Virus record (IMG/VR): IMGVR_UViG_3300012971_000015
Location: 1-38,046 of that record
Reading direction: 5' to 3' (one strand)
Length of the DNA stretch: 38,046 nt
Source: a virus
Taxonomy: Duplodnaviria > Caudoviricetes
The notes under the pieces were generated by a model. The model made no database searches. It had not been told where the DNA came from and worked only from the letters and a program-made list of their open reading frames with translations. Position 1 is the first letter of the stretch. Each line of letters opens with the position of its first letter. A program made the translations under genes and the position numbers. Shown piece by piece: positions 32,814 through 38,046 of this stretch.

Positions 32814-33440
32814 TCAAACCGTCGGTCGGTCAGTCGGTTGGTCGCCGGCGACATGAATTGGCGGCTGTGCCAAGCGGCGACGCACTTCTTCAGGTAAAGC
32901 AGCGTTGAGCGAGCTGCTGAGCGGTGCCAGACCACCGTCACCTCGCGTGCGCGCGTGCGCACGTACGACAGACCCGACAGACTGACTGACCGGTAGATGA
33001 TTACCGGTACGGTCCGGTACGGTAGACTGCTGACGTGTTTTGACATCAGCGCTGACGTCATCATGACGTAAGCGCTGACGACGTGCTGACTGAGCCTTCC
33101 GGTTGGACTCTCTGCGCAGCGCCCGTTGCTCGGCCAACTTACCGGCGTAGTCCAGCCAGTCATGGATGCGTAATTGTTGCGGCGTCTCCGCCGGCTCCAC
33201 GAACCCGGCCACTATCAATGCCGCCCAGAAACGCTCCGCCTTACCACTCCACATGCATGCCCTCGCTATCACTGGCTTGCTGTCGGCAGCGATCAGACCA
33301 TCGGTGGCGTACTCGAGCGCCCACCACCACAGAAAGTGCAGGTAGCCGACCGCGCACGGCACGTTGCAGCCAAGCTCCCGCGCCAGCCGCAGCGTCTTCG
33401 GATGGTGGCCCAATGCCTGGTGCGACTCGATCCACGCCAT
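32814..33440 (-). CDS. Phage replication initiator (replisome-organiser-like)
   Basis: MAWIESHQALGHHPKTLRLA..VGYLHFLWWWA..DG..IHDWLDY..RRESNRKAQ..RR is a typical initiator N-terminus; internal iteron-like repeats. Confidence 0.8.
   Translation of the reverse strand: MAWIESHQALGHHPKTLRLARELGCNVPCAVGYLHFLWWWALEYATDGLIAADSKPVIARACMWSGKAERFWAALIVAGFVEPAETPQQLRIHDWLDYAGKLAEQRALRRESNRKAQSARRQRLRHDDVSADVKTRQQSTVPDRTGNHLPVSQSVGSVVRAHARTRGDGGLAPLSSSLNAALPEEVRRRLAQPPIHVAGDQPTDRPTV
32961..33096. repeat. Iteron-like array / putative replication origin
   Basis: TGAC cores at 33031, 33041, 33053, 33064, 33076, 33087; also CCGGTACGGT x2 and GACAGAC x2. Confidence 0.65.
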
Positions 33441-34651
33441 CAGACCGCCATCTCGACCTGTACGAACATCGGCGCATCGTCCGTGACGCGGTTGAAGGCC
33501 TGCACCGTGTAGTCGTGTTTCTGCTCGCACAGAATCGCCTCGCGGCCCAGCCGGTCCGCCACCAGGCCCACGGTGCCACTGCCGGCGAACGGGTCGAACA
33601 CCGTGTCGCCCGGGCGTGTCGAGGCCTTGATGAGCGGCTCGAGCACCTTAGGCGGGAACGTGGCATAGTGCGCGCCCTTGTATGGCGCGGGATTGACGAG
33701 CAGCGAGAGCGGCTCGTCCTCCTCGTTTAGCAAAAGCCCCTGCCAAGTCTGAAAGAACAGCTCGCTGTTGCGGAAGGCGCGACCGTTCGGGTTGTATTCG
33801 CGCGTGTCCATCCTGAATGATTCGCGCGCGACCCCATCCTTCTTACGCGGGTACCAGTCGCTCTTATTCACTGCGGAAAGTGGCATGGGCTGAGAAGGCT
33901 GCCGCACCGCGTCGGCATCCCAAAAATACCGCGCCGACTTGCTGAACAAAAACCAGTATTCGACCGCATTCGCCGGTCGATCTGTGACGCTCTCGGGCAT
34001 CGAGTTGCGCTTCAGCCACGGCAGCATCGACCGCAAGTACCAGCCATCCGCCTGTAACGCCAGCGCAACCCGCGCCGGCATCATCATCAGGTCTTTTGCC
34101 TTGTAGCCAGCGGTTGCAGGTCCTGCGCTGCCGCGCGCCCCGCTTACGCGTCGATTGCTGAGTAGTCCCCGCTCTGGCGATCCGATGCATGAAGCCTCAG
34201 CCTGAATTCCGTTATGCCCGGTCGGCCCCTTGCCACTGCCGGCGTAACTGTCACCGAGGTTGATCCACAGCACGCCGTCGTCGCGCAGCACGCGTCGCAC
34301 CTGACGAAAGACCTCGACCTCGTGCTCGATGTAGAGCTCGGGCGTCGGTTCGAGTCCGTGTGAGCCCAGCCACGCGCCGCAGACACAGAAACCGCCGCGG
34401 CCAGCATCTCGGCCGTATCCTTCGCCGTATCCGTTGCGCCCGTTGAATGTCCCGCTGCCGCCGCGATTGTCACCGGGGACTTCGGGCCCAAACTCATGCC
34501 CGTGCCCCGCATCGCCGCCCCACACGAGCGGCGGCGTGCCGTAATCTCTCAACCCGAAGTACGGCGGACTGGTCAGGCATGCCTGCACGCTGCAGCCTGG
34601 CAGCGTGGCCAGCAGCTCACGCGCATCGCCCCGCAACAGTCGAATCGCCAC
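33440..34651 (-). CDS. N4-cytosine/N6-adenine DNA methyltransferase (beta class)
   Basis: TSPPYFGLRDY (motif IV) N-terminal; HYATFP and DPFAGSGT (motif I) C-terminal. Confidence 0.93.
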   Translation of the reverse strand: MAIRLLRGDARELLATLPGCSVQACLTSPPYFGLRDYGTPPLVWGGDAGHGHEFGPEVPGDNRGGSGTFNGRNGYGEGYGRDAGRGGFCVCGAWLGSHGLEPTPELYIEHEVEVFRQVRRVLRDDGVLWINLGDSYAGSGKGPTGHNGIQAEASCIGSPERGLLSNRRVSGARGSAGPATAGYKAKDLMMMPARVALALQADGWYLRSMLPWLKRNSMPESVTDRPANAVEYWFLFSKSARYFWDADAVRQPSQPMPLSAVNKSDWYPRKKDGVARESFRMDTREYNPNGRAFRNSELFFQTWQGLLLNEEDEPLSLLVNPAPYKGAHYATFPPKVLEPLIKASTRPGDTVFDPFAGSGTVGLVADRLGREAILCEQKHDYTVQAFNRVTDDAPMFVQVEMAV

Positions 34652-34869
34652 TAGACGCGTGCGCGCTCCGTGCCATCGAACTGCAGTTGCTGCTGCTGCG
34701 ACTGCGGCGGCGGCTCACCCGTGCTCAGCGTGACCCACACGTCCTCGCCGAGATGGCCGGTCAGCCATTCGATGTCGTCCACAATTTCATCCACCTCGAG
34801 CTGCAGCCGCGTCACCGGGCCGGCCGAGTTGATCGTCGAGCGGATCGCCATCAGGCGCGCCAGGAACAT
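34651..34869 (-). CDS. Hypothetical protein (72 aa)
   Basis: GGAGG SD; coupled to the methylase start. Confidence 0.7.
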   Translation of the reverse strand: MFLARLMAIRSTINSAGPVTRLQLEVDEIVDDIEWLTGHLGEDVWVTLSTGEPPPQSQQQQLQFDGTERARV

Positions 34870-34884
34870 GCACCATCCTCCCTT

Positions 34885-35715
34885 CTAGAGCAGCCCTTCC
34901 TGCTTTCGTTGGCGTTCGATCTCGCGCTGGTCGGCGTCAGCCGGCGGCTCTTCCGATGCTGCGGGCGTGGCGGCATGGGCCATCCGCGCGGCGATCTCGG
35001 CGTCGCTCTCAAAAACCTCGTCATACGTGCGGCCGGGTCGCTCGAGCTGTGGTGCCGAGGCGGGCGCGCGCTCGTTCACCTCAAGCGTTTGCTGCGGGCC
35101 GTCCTCGGCGAGCTCGACGTCGGCCAATTCCTCGGGAAACGCGTAGCGCAGCGCCTGCGCTGTCGCGCATTTCTGCAGCATGCGCCGCGGCATCTTGCGC
35201 CACATCGTGGCACCCGGCGCGGTCATGTCCGCGGGCGCGTATTCCGCCCAATGGGCGACACCCGTAAACGCCGCGCGGACTTGAAACTGCGGGCCGACGA
35301 GCTTGTAGACGACCACCTCGACCTCCACGGGCACGTCGAGCGCCTGGTGGTTAGCGAGGTCGATCGCCAGGTGGCCGCGGAAGATCGGCGCACTGATGCC
35401 ACCATCGCGGCCGGTGCGCGCGGCGATCGCCGAGAAGCCGTCGATACCTGTCTGGAACGTCCACCGTCCGCCGCGCTGGATGTAGTAGCACTGCCGTTTA
35501 CGGGGATCGAGGCCGCGCGCCTTGGCCGCCAGACAAAACGTGACGAGGCCTGCCGTGTCGACGTTCGCGGCAACACCGCCTGGCCTGGCCATCTCGGCGA
35601 GCTCGGGCAGGCTGAAACCGGTCAGCTCGACGAGGTCCTGCAGCTCGAGCGGCCTGGTGCCGAGCGGTCCGGGCTGGGGCGCGGGCGATCGTTTAGTGAT
35701 CGATGATGAGCTCAA
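34885..35715 (-). CDS. Bet/RecT-family single-strand annealing protein
   Basis: GLDPRKRQCYYI..QTGIDGF..IAARTG and WAEY..MWRKMPRRMLQKCATAQALRYAFP; TTG start overlapping the upstream stop. Confidence 0.9.
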   Translation of the reverse strand: MSSSSITKRSPAPQPGPLGTRPLELQDLVELTGFSLPELAEMARPGGVAANVDTAGLVTFCLAAKARGLDPRKRQCYYIQRGGRWTFQTGIDGFSAIAARTGRDGGISAPIFRGHLAIDLANHQALDVPVEVEVVVYKLVGPQFQVRAAFTGVAHWAEYAPADMTAPGATMWRKMPRRMLQKCATAQALRYAFPEELADVELAEDGPQQTLEVNERAPASAPQLERPGRTYDEVFESDAEIAARMAHAATPAASEEPPADADQREIERQRKQEGLL

Positions 35716-35996
35716 AATGGCAGGTCCTCCGGATCGTCTGAGTTGTCGATGGCTGCGACGACGCGGGCATGCGGATCGAGCTCCTGGGCCGCGATGCGGG
35801 CTACCCGTGGCGCCGGCGACTTGGCGAGCTCCTCGAGCACCTGGTGGCGCAGCAGCACGGCATAGATGTGCAGGGCATCCTTCGCGCTTTCTGAGTCCTC
35901 GACGGGCAGGCTGATCATCATCATCAGACCTTCGGAGCCGTAGTTTCCGTCGCTGTATTTCCGCTCGTACACCACGCTGATGGTCGTGGGTGTCAT
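35712..35996 (-). CDS. Small protein with SSB-like acidic C-terminal tail
   Basis: ISVVYERKYSDGNYGSE N-terminus; ends DNSDDPEDLPF. Confidence 0.7.
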   Translation of the reverse strand: MTPTTISVVYERKYSDGNYGSEGLMMMISLPVEDSESAKDALHIYAVLLRHQVLEELAKSPAPRVARIAAQELDPHARVVAAIDNSDDPEDLPF

Positions 35997-36088
35997 CGGC
36001 CACGTCCTCGCAGCGCGAGAAAAGCCAGCAGCGCGACCAGGCCTACAAAAAGCAGCAGCAGCACGATCAGCAGCGCTCCACTATCCAC
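35993..36088 (-). CDS. 31-aa single-TM peptide
   Basis: MDSGALLIVLLLLFVGLVALLAFLALRGRGR; overlaps both neighbours; absent from the ORF track. Confidence 0.65.
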   Translation of the reverse strand: MDSGALLIVLLLLFVGLVALLAFLALRGRGR

Positions 36089-36287
36089 CGAGCGGATGCA
36101 GCGAGTACGCCTGCAGCGTCTCGCCCTGGCTCACGACGTGCGGCTTTATTCGTGACCCGAGTGGCTGCTGCTCGCTCGGCACGTCGGGTTGACGAGGTCG
36201 CCGCGCCAGGTCGCACGCCAGGCAATAGCGCGAGCGGACCAGTGGTACGAACTCGCAGCCCTTCGTCGCGCACTGCCCTGGCTTCAC
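36081..36287 (-). CDS. Small Cys-containing hypothetical protein
   Basis: GTGA overlap; CATKGC..YCLAC. Confidence 0.55.
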   Translation of the reverse strand: MKPGQCATKGCEFVPLVRSRYCLACDLARRPRQPDVPSEQQPLGSRIKPHVVSQGETLQAYSLHPLGG

Positions 36288-36760
36288 AGCTCCAGGTCCT
36301 CGAGCGCCAGTACGTCGTCGGGGATCGCCACGGGCCCGGCCCACTCGCGAGCAAGCGCGGCCACGCTCAGGTAAGTGCTCGAGTCGGTGCCCTGCCTGCG
36401 CACCGCGAGCCGCCCGCCGAAGTCGACCACGGTGCACAGTCGCGGCCGCACCGCCTGCTCGAGCTCGGGCAACAGCCCGCGTATGCGCCACCAGTAGAGA
36501 CCAGGCATGGCAGGCGGATCGGTGCGCCACGGCACGCTCGGCGGATACAGCCGTTCAGCCGGCGGCTCGTACAGGACTGGCCGCGGCACAGGCGCGGGCT
36601 CGAGTGGTTGCGGTTCGAGCAGGCGTTCGGCGCGCAGGTCCTGCACGTGCGCGCGGAGAGAAGCAAGCCGTTGCTGGCGATCCTCTTCGTTCATCGGCCA
36701 GACGTACTCGTCGTCATCGAGTTGATCGGGTGTCGGCTTGCGAAAACTCAGGCCGAACAT
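36284..36760 (-). CDS. Hypothetical protein
   Basis: GGAG SD; W..DPPAMPGLYWWR..EWAGPV motif common in small phage proteins. Confidence 0.7.
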   Translation of the reverse strand: MFGLSFRKPTPDQLDDDEYVWPMNEEDRQQRLASLRAHVQDLRAERLLEPQPLEPAPVPRPVLYEPPAERLYPPSVPWRTDPPAMPGLYWWRIRGLLPELEQAVRPRLCTVVDFGGRLAVRRQGTDSSTYLSVAALAREWAGPVAIPDDVLALEDLEL

Positions 36761-37593
36761 GACATCTCCTCGTAGCCCATCGCGCGTTTGACGGCGCGTG
36801 CGATCGCGCGGCCCATCGGCAGTGGCACGCCATTCGCGACCGCTTTGAGCTTCGCGTCCTTGCGGAACGGCATGTGCTCCGTGAAGTCGCGCGGCAGGCC
36901 CTGCAACTCGCAGGCATCCTCAAGCGAGTAGACGTAGCCTTTGGGCAAGTTGTCACCGCCGCCATGCCCAGCCGGTACCGGCTGGGCAACCCACGACAAG
37001 CGATCCGCATGGCGTCCCGTGAGCGCGAATGGTCGCCGGCCGCGCATTACTCCCCCGCCGTCGCTGGATGTGACCCCTAAAGCGACGGCGGGATGCTCAA
37101 AGAGCGCTACGTCGAACGGCAAACAGGGCGCGATGCCGTAAGCGTCAGAGACAAGCCGATCGAGTCCGAATGACAGTGCTCGCACACGATTCTGTTCCGC
37201 GCCCATCTCCGCGGGATCAGAGAACCAACGGTTGTTGACGACATGCCGGCTGACGAGATATCCGTCCACCACGGGTTGCGGCGCCGCCGGCACGTTCTCC
37301 ATCAGGAACCACGCCGGGCACGCCTCGACCACGCAGCGCTCGAACTCGGGGATAAGATTGCCGAACTTCGGCTCATAGCCGTTGTGGCGCACCATCACCG
37401 CGAGGCGGCTGAACGCTTGACACGGTGGCCCGCCGATGACCCCATCGAACACGCCGCCTGGCGGATGAAACTGGCGAATGTCGCCGCCCCAGAGCACATC
37501 AGGCCCACGCACGACACAGAAGCCTTCCTGCTCAAACGCCATGTCGAGCAGGCCGATACCGGGGAACAGCGACAGGATCAAGCGCACGACCAT
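36748..37593 (-). CDS. C5-cytosine DNA methyltransferase
   Basis: LSLFPGIG (I), GGPPCQAFS (IV), ENV (VI), QNRVR (VIII), LQGLP (IX), ANGVPLPM (X). Confidence 0.93.
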   Translation of the reverse strand: MVVRLILSLFPGIGLLDMAFEQEGFCVVRGPDVLWGGDIRQFHPPGGVFDGVIGGPPCQAFSRLAVMVRHNGYEPKFGNLIPEFERCVVEACPAWFLMENVPAAPQPVVDGYLVSRHVVNNRWFSDPAEMGAEQNRVRALSFGLDRLVSDAYGIAPCLPFDVALFEHPAVALGVTSSDGGGVMRGRRPFALTGRHADRLSWVAQPVPAGHGGGDNLPKGYVYSLEDACELQGLPRDFTEHMPFRKDAKLKAVANGVPLPMGRAIARAVKRAMGYEEMSCSA

Positions 37594-37949
37594 GCTCGGG
37601 CGCCGCCCATGCTGAGCCGTTGCGCCAGAAAGCGCACCGCCTGCCACGGCGAGAACGGATCGAGATACCCCCACGCATAAAAGCGCTGCAGCTCGCCGCG
37701 CGGGTGGAGTTGCGCCGCGCCCAGCTCGCCCGAGCGACCGATGCTGTACGGGTCAAATGAGCCGCCTGTTTCACAGCGAACCACGCGCAATAGCCAGGCG
37801 CGGGAAATACCGATCTCCTCGCTGTACTGGTCAATCGCGGCGAGCGTGTCGTCGGGCGTGTAGACGCTCTGGGCGTGGAGCCCGATCGCGGCACTGAGCA
37901 GCATGCCGAGCACGATGCCGAACAGTCCCGCGAGCGCCACACGCGTCAT
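37578..37949 (-). CDS. SLT/lysozyme-like transglycosylase with N-terminal signal/TM
   Basis: VVRCETGG (catalytic Glu), GELGAAQL, W at C-terminus; hydrophobic N-terminus. Confidence 0.75.
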   Translation of the reverse strand: MTRVALAGLFGIVLGMLLSAAIGLHAQSVYTPDDTLAAIDQYSEEIGISRAWLLRVVRCETGGSFDPYSIGRSGELGAAQLHPRGELQRFYAWGYLDPFSPWQAVRFLAQRLSMGGARAWSCA

Positions 37950-38046
37950 GGCAAAACCTCGAGCACCGACAGTCGCCCATCGGCATTCCGCCCACAGCGA
38001 TGCCAGCCCGCCTTGAGAAAGCAATAGCCAGGATTCGTCGAGCGAA
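37924..38046. repeat. Direct terminal repeat (right copy)
   Basis: Identical to 1-123. Confidence 0.95.

Larger units (their letters stand above)
1..38046. mobile_element. Complete temperate podovirus-like bacteriophage genome (~37.9 kb)
   Basis: Terminase, portal, scaffold, capsid, tail, lysis, integrase, repressor and replication modules all present; ends overlap. Confidence 0.93.

Noticed and set aside
37924-38046. 123-bp terminal repeat as a biological T7-like DTR
   Set aside because: It falls inside coding sequence across two overlapping genes and has a k-mer-overlap-like length; most simply an assembly circularisation artefact. Read-end analysis would be needed.
1-38046. tRNA, rRNA, CRISPR array, reverse transcriptase or recognisable anti-phage defence system
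   Set aside because: None recognised by eye; tRNAscan, Infernal and DefenseFinder were not run, so small or divergent elements could be missed

Overview
The window is an apparently complete, circularly assembled, high-GC temperate phage genome. Bases 1-123 are repeated exactly at 37924-38046, giving a unit length of 37,923 bp. The virion is podovirus-like: terminase, portal, scaffold, major capsid, adaptor/nozzle, fibre and three large internal/ejection proteins, with no tape measure or sheath recognised. The host is probably a Chloroflexota-like bacterium (inference). A lysogeny/control region (large serine integrase, short XRE repressor, Arc-like RHH protein, HTH+TM protein) separates a short rightward operon (4090-6216) from a long leftward run. 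That run goes from DNA modification (Mom-like GNAT, C5 and N4/N6 methylases) through a Bet/RecT recombinase, replication initiator, packaging and structure to lysis. The most striking unexplained structures are non-coding. (1) Four copies of a two-hairpin cis-antisense sRNA cassette sit over the RBS/start codon of unrelated genes; their stems pair best on the antisense strand through G-U wobbles, and each has its own -10 box inside the first codons. (2) Three promoters built from phased TTGGCGA heptamers drive the early operon, an HTH+membrane-anchor protein and a leaderless ORF antisense to the integrase 3' end. Also notable: a free-standing antisense LAGLIDADG endonuclease next to a synonymously recoded capsid 3' end, a possible +1 frameshift at CCC-UUU-UGA building the endolysin, and a cluster of tiny basic genes after the portal. 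All functional calls come from motif recognition by eye; no searches were run.
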